Program-made: the position numbers and the translations under genes
Origin: Chiloscyllium plagiosum
Taxonomy: Eukaryota
Length of the DNA stretch: 64,000 nucleotides
Assembly: GCF_004010195.1 (NCBI RefSeq)
Contig: NC_057751.1
Location: forward strand, 5,808,502-5,872,501
Direction of reading: 5' to 3'
The notes under the pieces: model-generated
The model's database searches: none
Told to the model about the DNA's origin: nothing
Seen by the model: only the letters and a program-made list of their open reading frames with translations
Shown here: positions 37,276 through 49,270 of the stretch, in pieces
Layout: every line of letters begins with the position of its first letter
Numbering within the stretch: position 1 is the stretch's first letter

Positions 37276-38827
37276 ACAGAGGTGTTGCAAATATTCAATT
37301 ATCTGTGAAAACGTACCTGACATTTTTGGAAATTTCTGTTATCTGCAGACAGAGTCAATAGCCCAGGGAAAACACAGAAAAAGGTTATGTATTGACCACA
37401 GCAAGATGTTTCATGAGGGGCAATGATTCCAGGTTATTATAATATTTGGCATGCAAGTTGGTTTTTGAGGAAGCTTTATCTTTCTGCCTTTGGCAAGCCC
37501 TAATAGCTTATTCGTTGTAATCAGCAATAAAAAAAATTATATGCTCATCTTTCACCCTTTCATCTCGGCAGTGGAGAAATTTAAGCTCCAAGATCACTTT
37601 AGTCATGATGAGCATTGTAGAGCATTTTTTCAAGGTAAAATCAAGTGGACGTGTGGCAACAAGCACAGCACAGTGCATTGCAACTTTAAATTCTCTGTTA
37701 TGATCCTGTGGGGATCTGTAAACCAAAATAATCAAGTTTGCAAAATGATCCCAAAGAGAAAACTACCAACAATCGTCCTCTTTTCGTAGCTGTTTTTTGA
37801 ACACAAATTAGTGTTATTGCAAATACTTTTAATTCACATTGAAATGATATTTTGAAGAACAAGAAAATTTCACTCTAAATACATGAAGATACAACAAAAT
37901 TTAAGATAAGCACAAAAGCTTGTATCATTCCTCACATCAATACTTCATCATATGGCTACCCAATTCCATAACATGCTGTTTTAGATTCATTCAGGATATC
38001 TTAGGAGTCCCATCTGACAGCAACTTTCACCTTTGAGTTTCATAGATCAGATTATCATCAACAAGATACACTTCTATAAACCCTCTCTATCCCAGTTCCC
38101 AACATCCTGACAACATAGCTTTACAGAGTTCCTATTCAATTAGCCAATCAAAAATACCCTGGTTCACAGTTTGGCCAATTGTTAGGAAACAGCAAGCATT
38201 AACGTTTGGTTTTCACCCAAATTTCCAAGTTTTAGATCTTTATTTTTCAGGATGCACAGTGCCACCAAGAACTCCTGTCACCTTTTCGACCCCAACAGAA
38301 AATCTCATCAGGAGATCATTGTTTTTTCCCCTCACTGCAATTCTCACTGTTTCTCTTTCTGACTTTGCTTTCTCTCGTGGCTTCATCTGTGCACTGAATG
38401 CCTTCAGCTTCTCCACTTATAATTCTCCCTTGTACTTACAGCTCTCCATTACGTCTCAGTCACATGGTTTCTTTTTACTTCCTTCATGTTAGTACTCCTT
38501 CCAAATCAAGCGTGTGGTGGTCACGTGGACATTTTATGATCCAGGAAAATTATGATCGATCCATATACATTGATGCAGTGCTTACAAGGTCCTTTAAAAC
38601 ATCCTTAAACCACAACTAGAGATTCCATTGACATTTTAAGGAATTACAAACTTTCCTTCTGGGTCCAAGGCCATGACAGACCTTTCACACATTAATAGCA
38701 ATGGGAAGAATGGGCCAGCATGTATTTACCAGCATCAGGAATGTATTCATCGTCATCATTACACTCTTAATTCCGGATTTTTGTTGAATTCAAATTCCAC
38801 CATCTGCCATGACAGGATTCAAACCTG

Positions 38828-39375
38828 GGGACATGAGTACAAAAGTCAGGATGTCATGTTGCAGCTTTATAAGACTTTGCTTCGGTATTGCATTCAGTTC
38901 TGGTCCCCACATTACAGGGAGAATGTGGAGGCTTTGGCGAGGGTGCAGAACAGTTTGACCAGGATGCTATAAGGAGAAGCTAGAAAAACTCAGGTTGTTT
39001 TCTCTGGAGCAGCAGAGGCTGAGGGGAGACTTGATAGAAGTCTGTAAAATTATGAGATGCATAGATGGGGCAGAATCTTTTTCCAATAAGTTGAGATGTC
39101 TAATATGAAGTGACATGCGTTTAAGGTGAAGGAAGGGAATGTTCAAAGGAGATGTGATTGATAGGTTTCTCACATAGAACATGCTGCCAGGGGTGGTGGT
39201 GGAGTCAGATGTGATAGGACCAGATTAGGGACTTTGAAATAAGCACATCAATGTGCAAGGAATGGAGGGATGTAGATCAAGGGCAGGCAAAAGGGATTAG
39301 TTTAATTTGGCATCATGTTCAGTACAACATTGTGTGCCAAAGAGCCCGTTCCTGTTCTGTACAGTTCTATGTTCT
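38828..39375 (+). mobile_element. CR1 3' portion with (TTCTATG)-type tail
   Basis: MLQLYKTL, YCIQFWSPHYR and QRLRGDLIEV motifs. Tail GTTCTATGTTCT. Confidence 0.9.
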
Positions 39376-39379
39376 TTGA

Positions 39380-39575
39380 TCAATGATAATGGGCTATTGC
39401 CTCCCCCCATTATGGGAACATAGCTGCCATTTTGCACACAAACTAGCAATAAGATGAATGATCAAGTTGTTCTATATCAACGGGTGTTGTTTGAAGCAAG
39501 AGTATTAGCGGGGATATCTCGATATTTTCTTACTCTTTAAATTGTGTCCTTGGATCCTTAAATTTCATGTGAAAA
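39380..39575 (-). mobile_element. Degenerate DeuSINE-like fragment
   Basis: GCTGCCATTTTGCACACA is the reverse complement of the TGTGTGCAAATTGGCTGC motif at about 55565. Confidence 0.5.
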
Positions 39576-39668
39576 ATAGGAATTTACAAGCAGATGGGGT
39601 CTAGAATATTCCATCAATTTGCTTTGCTTCTGTCTTCTATTTTTTCTCCTCATTGCTTCTGTACTAAC

Positions 39669-40360
39669 TGTTACGACACGGGGTAAACCCTCCTGCTAAA
39701 TTTAAAACCAGCAACACAGAAAAGATTTATCCTGCGCAGTAATCTGTAAGCATTCGAGTGGCCAAGAACTATTTAGAGTAAAAATTAACAACTTTATTTC
39801 TTAAAGTATAACAGAGAATAATTAACTCACCACTATTTACAATTTCTTCCTTGAACCTATCTTTTCCTTTCCTTTCTATAACACTAGTCTGATAAAACTC
39901 CCTATTAAGATTTACAAAGCCACACTTCTTAACTCAAAACGAGGCAGCTTTTATTCTTCAATTCGGATCTCCTTGTATATTCTTTTTATCTTCTTAGGAA
40001 TTTCTGCATCACAGATTACTGATCAAAAAGGTAATTTACAAAGAGCTATTTTCAGGCAGTCTGTCTACATACTGGACTTGTCAGTTCTCCTCTCAACTGT
40101 TCAATTTTCCCCCAAATCTTCGAATTGCATAATTTAAGATTATCAATGTATCAAATTCAAACTGGATTGGAGTTTGATAGTTTTTGGGATATACTTTAAA
40201 TTGATTGGCCAAATTCGAATTTGTTTTTGTCTCCAGGCAATCAGCTAATCGCGTTGTTTGAGCAAGTGTTACATTGTTGCCTTATTGAGAACACTTGGTG
40301 CTGTGTCCAATAGTTCTGCTACTTTTAACTCTCTTAAAGTACACCCACATCTTCATAACA
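39669..40360 (-). mobile_element. Solo LTR (family C)
   Basis: Inverted termini TGTTACGA...TCATAACA. Flanks TAAC/TCAC. Minus-strand AATAAA at 39793-39798. Confidence 0.8.
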
Positions 40361-41141
40361 TCACTGAAATTGTGGGATGGTTCCACAGATGCTGGTAATC
40401 CTCTTGTACCTCATAAAACTGATTATTTTCTCTATTGGAGCATTGCAACATTTTGTGGAAATCTTAGAGTCGAGCTTCACTTTGTTCTTCCCTTCATGTC
40501 TGCACGTGCACACTTCCCAAGAAGAGCCACGCGAGAACCACAGAATAGTGATCTGGGGAAGGGCCTTGATCAATTTATTTTATTCCTTCTGGAATACTGA
40601 AGGCAATTTTAGTTTCAGCATTGCCCACTGTGACCAATGAAAAAAATGGGAGAAGAAAGCAGAAGTAAAGCAATAATTACATTGCACGATCATCAATCCA
40701 ACAAAGACTGAGACCTGATGATAGTACATTTTAGTTAGAAGATTGAAGTTATAATGTACACTGACCTCAGTCTGACCAGGTGCAGCTGATATAAGGCTAT
40801 ACATGCAAGCCCTTGACAGATGCACAAAGCTCCCCTGCTTTGCATTTGATATTTAATTTCTGCAGCTTGCAGTCAAGTGCCACTGCAAGGAGTAACTTAT
40901 ATTGAATCAAGTTATCAAGGTGAACTTGAAGCAGTATCAGAAGTATTCTTGCAACTCTTATGATTGTAATAAAACAGATTATCAACATTCAACTTCCATC
41001 ATCTGATTCTAATACCTGCTGAGACCTTCATGGACTATAAGTGATTATTTTTTGAAAAGGAAAACAAATATTGCATTATTATGCTTGCCATGATTCCCTG
41101 GCCAAGTTGATCTTACCTCATGGAAGCATTTATCAATAATT

Positions 41142-41497
41142 TGGAGATGCCGGTGTTGGACTGGGGTGTACAAAGTTAAAAATCACACAACACCAGGTTA
41201 TAGTCCAACAGGTTTAATTGGAAGCACTAGCTTTCACATAGCTAGACTGCGAATGATTCCCTTCTCATTACACAGTACCCAACCCAAGATGGTCTGCTCA
41301 CTCGTTGGCTCCTCCATATATTAGTCAAGAAAACCAACCTGGTGACACTCCAGAATTCCTCCTCTATGACATATGCCCAATCTATACGCAGATTAAAATC
41401 ACCCATGATCATGGACATTGCTGCTTCTTCATCAAATTCGTGCTTCCAATTAAACCTGTTGGACTATAACCTGGTCTTGTGTGATTTTTAAATTTGT
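41142..41497. mobile_element. Penelope-derived inverted pLTR element enclosing a CR1 endonuclease fragment
   Basis: About 58-bp inverted arms (41170-41227 and 41440-41497). Interior 41236-41416 on the minus strand encodes IMGDFNLRIDW...EEEF. Confidence 0.8.
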
Positions 41498-41539
41498 CAA
41501 TGAAATTAATACAGTTACAAAAAGCACTGCAACTCAGAT

Positions 41540-42196
41540 CTGCATCTCCTGGTTTACTTGTACCTCTCTGGAAGTTCAACTTCAGGATGAAACTTACCCA
41601 TAGATCATCAAGCTTGAGTAAAGACAAAATTAGACTCCAGAATACATACTGAATCATAATTTCATATATGGATTTGTTCAACAGAGCAGAGACAAGGAAA
41701 TATGGATTGGTTAGCAAGATCTGGAAGACTCTCTCTCTCCTTTTCTCTTAGTCTCTCAACCTTGAAGTAACTGCCTGGTGAGAAAGCAACTTGGAAAAAC
41801 CACCTTTCATTGAGAATTCAGGGTTTCTGTGAACTTTGCCATTGCTGAAGAAACAAAACAACAGCTGAACAGTTGGGATCAAGTCATTGTCACAATCCAA
41901 GGACTCGAAGAACTTTCAATTGAAATTGGCTTGATCTTCCTGCCTCTACGAGACACACTCTCCCTCTTCTTTTTAAGTTGTTTGTTTTCCAAGTTGTGTT
42001 TTTATTATTTTCTTGAGAAAATACATCATAAAACTCATCATTATCTCACACAAGTAATGCTTATAATTTAGTCATTTGATTTGGTCATGTTCATTACATT
42101 TTATTAAAGTGTGATAGCTACAATATAATGTTGTGACCAAACTGAGAGGCAGTTTCAAACAGGGATTTGAATATCCTTCCTCACCTAGTCATAAAT
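41540..42196 (+). mobile_element. Possible old solo LTR
   Basis: ATTGG, (CT)-rich R-like region, T-rich U5-like region and LTR-like end CCTTCCTCACCTAGTCATAA. 5' limit uncertain. Confidence 0.4.
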
Positions 42197-42689
42197 ACAC
42201 TTTCCTTTTTGTGTTTTTGTGACTTAATGCAGCCCAATATTTGCACTTACTTCAGAGCAGTCCCCAAAATCATAGATAGTACTCAAAGCAACGATGAGAT
42301 ATTGGGAGACACTGGTGTAATTGGGCTCGTAATCCAGGGTGGGCAGACTAAAATTCTGATAGTCAAGGCTGAGACAGACAAGACTTTTAATTATGAAGTT
42401 ATTCAAGGGTTACTACGAAAAGGCTGGAAAGTGGGCTTGAAAATTATCAGATCAACCGTGATCTCACTGAATGGTACAACAGACTTTATGGGCTGATCTA
42501 TGGCCTGCTTCTACTCCTACTTGTCATACTGATACTAGTATACATATCTAAGAAAAAACCCAGCATGAATGAAGGAGGTCTTTTGTACATGTGGACTATT
42601 TGAAACAAATTTTTGAAGCCCTCTTTCATGGCTTTCTGACCTCTTATAGGAATGTTTCAAATGTCTCCAGACCTTTCTCCCTATTCTCT

Positions 42690-43115
42690 ACTTTGTGAAC
42701 TCAAGCTCATCCAAAATGCTGCCTGTATCCAAACCTACATGAAATGGTTCAGCCATTAGCTCATTGTCCTCATTGACTTACACTGGTTCCAGTTTTAAAA
42801 TTCCCATACTTGTTTTGAAATTTCTGTTTATCCTTGCCTGTCCTTAGCTGCTGCAGGCCAATAATCACCCAAAGCCTCTATCTGTCCCCAATTTTAATTC
42901 TCCATCCTGAGCTGTTGTAACTGGGGTCCTAAGTTCTGGGGTTCCCTCTGTTGACCTCTTTGCCTCTTTGAGCAGCTTCTTAATACCAATGTATTTCACC
43001 AAGCTTTTCACTATCTGTTCTAATGCCACTCCGTATCATATTATGTTTGATAACCCTCATTTGAAGCATTTAATTTCATTACTGGAGTTAGGTAAATACA
43101 ACTTATTCTTGTTGC
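42690..43115 (+). mobile_element. L2-clade LINE 3' end, old
   Basis: LKLIQNAA, DLHWF and FKI.ILV motifs, followed by an L2-like 3' UTR ending GTAAATACAAC...TTGTTG. Confidence 0.65.
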
Positions 43116-43347
43116 ATAATACAAGTGAGATGTTTCGTGAAGACTGAAATGAAGAATTTCTTTCTTTAACACATTGTTTTCAAAACAATGAAATATAGTT
43201 CTCAACCCTCTTTGAGCTGCTCTGCAGGAAAGGGTTACACACAAAATGTTGACGTCTCCACCTCCTGGTGCTGCCTGGCTTGCTGTGTTCTTTCAGCCTC
43301 CTGCTTGTCTACCTTACTCTCCTAACAGATGCTGCCTAAAGTTGTGT

Positions 43348-44171
43348 TGTTGGGTTATTGACAGGTCACTCAAAATGATAACCTTATGATGGAAAATAAT
43401 GAACTTATCGTGAAGGTACACAAGATGGATAATGATTAAAGCATGCTGGGAAATAGAAACCAGCCTTGACCAAAGTGACTGTGCTAATCCACATGCTACA
43501 GAACCCAGACAAGCTTCAGCTACCAACAGTTTGCAAAAAAACCTGGTAGCTGCAGGCCCGACAATACACACCCGAATTTGGGTTTGAACGGGACAACAGG
43601 ATGTTGTGCCCGGGGCAATCGGAAACATCAAGGTGTGCGCCAGACACAAAGATGCCTCACGCCCTTATGTGGAGGAGGCTACATGCACCCAGCACCTCCA
43701 GTAATGGACACCTAAGGACCACCCTGTCATCAGCGTGCCAACGCCTGGTTGGGTCAGATTGATCAGTGTGATCGAACCTGATTGTTCCATTGGACGGCAC
43801 TCAAGATCCTCCTAAAAGGGCACGAAGACTTTGGAGTATAAGAATGGTTGCAAAACCACACTCAGCATGGTAACTCCAAGGCAGTAACTGAAGAGCAGTA
43901 ACTTGAGAATAACCACCGAAAGAGAAGGCATCTCTGAAACCATCGGAAGAAAACCATACAGCTTCACCATGTAGAGCCTGGCAACGTTCTAGTGGGGTGG
44001 TACATGGTAACCAAAGTTAAGTTATAGCATAAGATAGATTTGTAGCATATATCATTAGTTCATAGTGTATTTGTTGTTCTAATGTTAATTGTGTTAAATA
44101 AACATATATTGTTTTACTATTATTAAGAGTTGACTTGCAGTTCTTTTGCTACATATAAGAATTCAAACACA
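43348..44171 (+). mobile_element. Solo LTR (family D, about 820 bp)
   Basis: TGT...ACA termini. Flanks TTGTGT/CTGTGT. ATTGG at 43789, TATAAGA at 43837 and AATAAA at 44097 in canonical U3-R-U5 order. Confidence 0.75.
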
Positions 44172-44596
44172 CTGTGTGGCAGGCGTAACTTTGTGTTGGC
44201 TTCGATGTCCTCCCTTTAATCTTTTGATGGTCTTTCCACTTTGTATGGTGATCTGCATTGTGTAGTAATACAGTTGAACCGCAGCGATAATTTTTTTTTC
44301 TCTCCCTGCTTTGCAATGGTCATGGTATCTGCAAAGGTTTTTGATGTGGAGAAAAGGAATTGATGAGCGCTGTAACATTTGTTTTCTGAAATGAAAATTC
44401 CAACATTATGGTGTCTGTGTGAAACCATGATGTGTTTTGTCAAAGTTTTTCACACATGCTTCTGAACTGATGTTGCAAGGCTCCCCTTAGCCTTTACATT
44501 ACAGATATCATGAGTACACAGGGTTTAGTTATTGGTGCATATAATGTTGAACATATTGATTAATGTGCTTGTGTTAAAATTTCATTTTATGAACAT

Positions 44597-44760
44597 GGTG
44601 TTAAGATTACAATTGCAACTTTTAAAAGGCATCTGAATGGGTGTATGAATAGGAAGGGATATGGGCCAAGTACTGGCAAATGGGACTAGATGAAGTTCGG
44701 ATATCTGGTCAGCATGGACAAGTTGGACATGCTGTACGTCTCTATGACTCTATGACTATA
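44597..44760 (+). mobile_element. CR1 3' end, short
   Basis: Homologous to 51250-51423. Tail TCTATGACTCTATGACTAT. Confidence 0.88.
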
Positions 44761-45365
44761 ATACAAGTATAAATGACAATAAGGACGTTAGAAATCCACT
44801 GTGAGAACAGAGAAGAATTTAAGCCCCAAAGTGTTGATGGAGGTACACAGTGCATTTTACAATGTGGGACAGGTACTTAACCCAGTTCAGGCTAAATATT
44901 TTATTAGGTTAATATTAATCCCATATCTTTATTCCATTCTGCAAAGCTTTAATTCTGTCTTTTCTCTTTCCTATTCTGTTTTATATTGTCCATCGCATTG
45001 ACATTTTGTCATTAGAACAGAGTACTTTAAGTGTTTGGTAATCATCAAGTTCGTCAGTTTAACGTGAGTTCAGTTTAAGTTCAACATCTTCAACAAAGAA
45101 TTTCTCAGCTGACTGCTTTACAGGTCACAGGTCACACAAGAGACTGTCATGTCACAAGACAGCAACTCACCCATGTCCTTGCCAGTGGGGCAATTCCTCC
45201 TTTGATGTTTTCCAAAACAAAAGTGCAGAAGCCATTACTTCATCATTATTGTCTGTGTCAGTTACCTTGAGTTGAGAAACACAGAAACCAATCGTTGCTC
45301 ACAGAGTACACCGTCTCCATTGAGATAGAAACGTCGGAACAGGATAGCCATGAGACTTTCAAATT

Positions 45366-45540
45366 GAAAATAAAACAAAGAGCTGCGGATGCTGGAAATC
45401 TGAAACACAAACAGAAATTGCTGGAGAAGCTCAGAAGCTCTGGCAGCAACATTTACTCTGCTTTATTTCCACATTTGCTGCCAGACTGGCTGTGTTGCTC
45501 CAGCAATTTCTGTTTCTGTTTCAGACTTTCAAATCTGCTG
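45366..45540. mobile_element. Penelope-derived fold-back repeat
   Basis: TCTGAAACACAAACAGAAATTGCTGGAG...CTCCAGCAATTTCTGTTTCTGTTTCAGA inverted arms. Confidence 0.8.
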
Positions 45541-45695
45541 TTTTTAATTTATTCCTTAACAGGACTTGTCCATTGCTGTGAGGGCAGCATTTGTTACTGT
45601 TGCTTAATTGTCCTTGAATTGATTGGCTTGTTGAGCCATTTGAAAGGAAGTAAAGAGTAAATGCCACTTCTATTGGTCCAGTATCATATGTAAGG

Positions 45696-46412
45696 TGTTA
45701 TGGACCTGACCAAACTCCTTTCTAATAGAAGAAGGAGATACCCTAGACCCTAATATTTATTTAAAGACAAGTGTAGGGTGCTGTGTTCCAGATGTAATTT
45801 GACTGGCTACACTACTCGGTTTTAAACAAAACAGAATTTACTCTTTCTCGACAGTTAAAATACAAACAAAAAAAAGAAAAATTGGAATAACTTAACTCCA
45901 ATGGAAAACTTAACAGAATGATAGATTATTATTTTTTAACGATTTAACAGCAACTGATCCAATATAGTAACATCTCATTCACAGATCTGAGGAAGAGTTA
46001 CTGAACCTAAAATGTTAGCTCTGAATTCTGTCTACAGTTGCTGCCAGACCAAAATTTTCCAGCAATTTGTGTTTTTGACCCCATACACATCCTTGGCAAA
46101 GACAAATTGAATAAAATAGATTGTCTCACATGCAATTCTAGCAGCCGGAAAAAAACCCCTCCAGATTTCAGTTGTAAAACAGTGAGGATTAAAAGCTTCC
46201 ACATTCAGCTTTAAGACTCCAGCAACTGCTGAAAACTACACTAAAACCCTGATTCTGCAGGAGCCTGACTCCATCCATTCATGCTGCTTCTATTGTTTGA
46301 ACTTACAAAAATATACCCATGGCCTCTTGAGCTGCCTACTTGATTGACTTAGAGCAGACTGCTCACACCTCTGTCTCAACCTCTCCATAAAAAAAATCAG
46401 GACAAAATACCT
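45696..46412. mobile_element. Solo LTR (family B) with nested pLTR fragment at 45984-46077
   Basis: Colinear with 11000-11568 apart from the CTGAGGAAGAG...GCTGCCAGACC...TTCCAGCAATTT insert. Confidence 0.75.
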
Positions 46413-47562
46413 GGCAATTGCTGTTCAGGGGTAAAATAAGTGACATCATCTTGTTCTCAAATCACACTGCTATAGATTACCGATTCACAAACGCAGCGAA
46501 ACCATGTCCTTTTTTGGGGGGCAATTTTGATTACCTTCCACAAGAACACAATACCTTGGTAAACCAATAAATTCACTCATGTTTTTGTCAAATTGTGGTT
46601 TCTTCAAAAATGGAAAAATAAGGTATTGAGATTATGCTGATTGCTATTTTCTGATTTGAAAGCCAAGTTTTTATTCATCAACATCAGGATGTCATTTGGA
46701 GAAAATTAATATTTTCCCATGTCAGACACAGAAACTACACAGTGCCCAGTTTCATGCCAGAATCCTTGTTTCCAGATTGGGAGTACAGAATCAGGACAAT
46801 TTACCATTCTGCAGATGCAGCTGGGGATAAATGGATGACTCCCACAAGTGACTTCTTTCACTTATTATCTCTAATTTTCGCTCAAATTGATTCCATGGCA
46901 CAAAATCTATTACACCTATATTATTGCACGTTACCACACCAAAACTTTCCTTTTTGAATGAAGTTGTCCCAACTCCTTTTGATTTGTGCCTATTCTTTCT
47001 GAATATTGATTGCCCTTGAATATTGAGTTCCCAGTCTTGTCATCCTGTAATCACATCTCAGTGATAACTATCAACTTACATGTATTTACTTCTATTTATG
47101 GCATCAACTCATTTATCTTGTTACAAATACTGCCTGCATACAGATAGAGTCTTAAGCTTTAACCATTATTATTTACCCTGGTTCTAATTTCTGCTGCAGT
47201 CTTCTGCTTACGTTTTCTACCCCTATCTGTCACACTTTATTGTTCACCTCTGCACTGCTCTGTACCTCTGCTCTCTTGTTTCTTTTTGATTTTTTAAACT
47301 TTGCTTCAAATTACGCCTTCCCACTAATAATTAGTTCAAAATCTGATCTGCAGCCCTCGATATGATTCATCTTATTAGCAAGTATGGTTCAACTGAAGCC
47401 CATCCCAATCTCTTTCCCCTGTACTATTGCCTGTGCTTTATGAATTGGCACACGTTTCCTACAGCAATCTGTGAGCCACACATTCTCCTTTCTAATCTTG
47501 CACCAATTTGTCTGAAGCTCAGGTATTTTGAAAATTATTACCTTTGTGTTCTGCTTTTTAAT

Positions 47563-47869
47563 GGGCGGCACGGTGACACAGTGGTTAGCACTGCTGTCTC
47601 ACAGCGCCAGAGACCCGGGTTCAATTCCTGCCTCAGGCGACTGACTGTGTGGAGTTTGCACATTCTCCCCGTGTCTGCGTGGGTTTCCTCCGGGTGCTCC
47701 GGTTTCCTCCCACAATCCAAAGATGTGCAGGTCAGGTGAATTGGCCATGCTAAATTGCCCGTAGTATTAGGTAAGGGGTAAATGTAGAGGAATGGGTGGT
47801 TGCGCTTCGGTGGGGCGGTGTGGACTTGTTGGGCCGAAGGGCTTGTTTCCACACTGTAATTAATCTAAT
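47563..47869 (+). mobile_element. HE1 V-SINE (young)
   Basis: GGGCGGCACGGTGACACAGTGGTTAGCAC head, box B GGTTCAATTCC, V-domain and TAATCTAAT tail. Confidence 0.95.
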
Positions 47870-48104
47870 TAAGCCCTGAACTGCTCATAATCCTTCAGTA
47901 GAACCTTTTTCTTCGGTTTCCAATGTCGTTGGTACCTACATGGACTGCAGGAACTGATTCCTTTCCTGACCAATCCAGGATCATCTCCATGCCAGAAAAG
48001 GTGGCCTGAACCTTGGCACTGTGTCGACATACCTAGATAGCCTTTGGGACTCTCTGTCTTTGCTGTAGTAAACTGTATATTTTCTGCAGGTTCTTGACTT
48101 CTCG

Positions 48105-48210
48105 AGTTCTGAGGAAGGCTCACTCGACCAGAAAGGTTAAGTCTGATTTGTCTCTGCAGATACTGCCAGACCTGCTGAGCTTTTCCAGCAATTTCAGTTT
48201 TTGCTTTCTT
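48105..48210 (+). mobile_element. pLTR fragment with decayed hammerhead core
   Basis: CTGAGGA-AGGCTCACTCGACCA-GAAAGGTT followed by CTGCCAGACCTGCTGAGCTTTTCCAGCAATTTC. Confidence 0.75.
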
Positions 48211-48344
48211 TTGGTTTTCCTCAAACTGTGCTATCCCCTATTCTCACGATATGTCTCTTTTCATCCACCACTTGAACAGTGCTCTGGACACAGTGCTATG
48301 ATAAGTTTGCTAATCCACCCTGCTGTCTGTGCCCTTATCCACAT

Positions 48345-48540
48345 TAGGAACGAGGAAGTGGTAGATGCAGGTACATTTACAATGTTTAACAGATATTTAG
48401 AAAAGAACATGAATAAGAAATCTTTGCAGGGATATGCGCCAAGCGGAGGCAGGTGGGAATAGTTTAGTTTGGTATTATGGTTGGCATGGCTTGGTTGGAC
48501 GGAAGGGTCTGTTTCCATGCTGTATAATTCTCTGACTCTT
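48345..48540 (+). mobile_element. CR1 3' end, short
   Basis: EEVVDAGTFTMFNRYL...GYAP frame and GAAGGGTCTGTTTCCATGCTGTA 3' motif. Confidence 0.85.
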
Positions 48541-48958
48541 TAACTTTCTACCTATTGGACAAAGGCACAGGCTGAGGCTCCTTCAAAGCTAAATTCTGGA
48601 TCCTTGTACTCACCTCAATCATGGTCAGATCCTCCAGTGGCTGACCATGACCAAATTTGATGTAATTAGTCTAAGTGGTGTGACTGCCTCCTGAAACAGT
48701 GTCCAGTTCCTCTCTCCCTCCCAGATGAGTCACAGTGTCCACAACTCCATCTCGAGCTCACCAACTCTGATTCAAAGTTCCTTGAGCTTGACCATTTCAA
48801 TACACTTCAAATAGAGCACATTACCACAACAAAAAGGCACCTTACCTTTACCAAAGAGCAGTTTACCTTTTCCAAAGATTTTTCAGGATGGCTTACCTCT
48901 CCAGAATAACTCATGCAGTCTTACCATTTTGCCTGCCACCTCTATTGTTCATTTTTTT

Positions 48959-49270
48959 TTAGATTAGATTACTTACAGTGTGGAAACAGGCCCTTCGGCC
49001 CAACAAGTCCACACCGCCCCGCCGAAGCTCAACCCACCCATACCCCTACATTTACCCCTTACCTAACACTATGGGCAATTTAGCATGGCCAATTCACCTG
49101 ACCTGCACATCTTTGGACTGTGGGAGGAAACCGGAGCACCCGGAGGAAACTCACGCAGACACGGAGAGAATGTGCAAATTCCACACAGTCAGTCGCCTGA
49201 GGCGGGAATTGAACCCAGGTCTCTGGCGCTGTGAGGCAGCAGTGCTAACCACTGTGCCACCGTGCCACCC
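48959..49270 (-). mobile_element. HE1 V-SINE (young)
   Basis: Near-identical to 17553-17866. Confidence 0.95.

Larger units (their letters stand above)
46960..48800 (-). mobile_element. Old CR1 5' region (ORF1 coiled-coil and esterase, start of ORF2 EN), fragmented by later insertions
   Basis: Minus strand: RVGELEMEL...LFQEAVTP (about 48670-48790), VHVGTND SGNH-esterase block (47925-47945) and LY..SICNKINEL...IVITE (about 47050-47150). Confidence 0.75.

Noticed and set aside
36983..37426. Recurrent 'MWKQALRPNKS...CGRKPEHPEETHADTG' ORFs (also 15864, 17667, 47538, 48978) resembling a gene family
   Set aside because: They are antisense translations of HE1 SINEs.
37790..38620. Possible old minus-strand LTR
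   Set aside because: LTR-like composition but no defensible termini or TSD.
47563..47640. tRNA-like A/B boxes
   Set aside because: SINE heads continuing into V-domain and LINE tail, with no complete cloverleaf gene.
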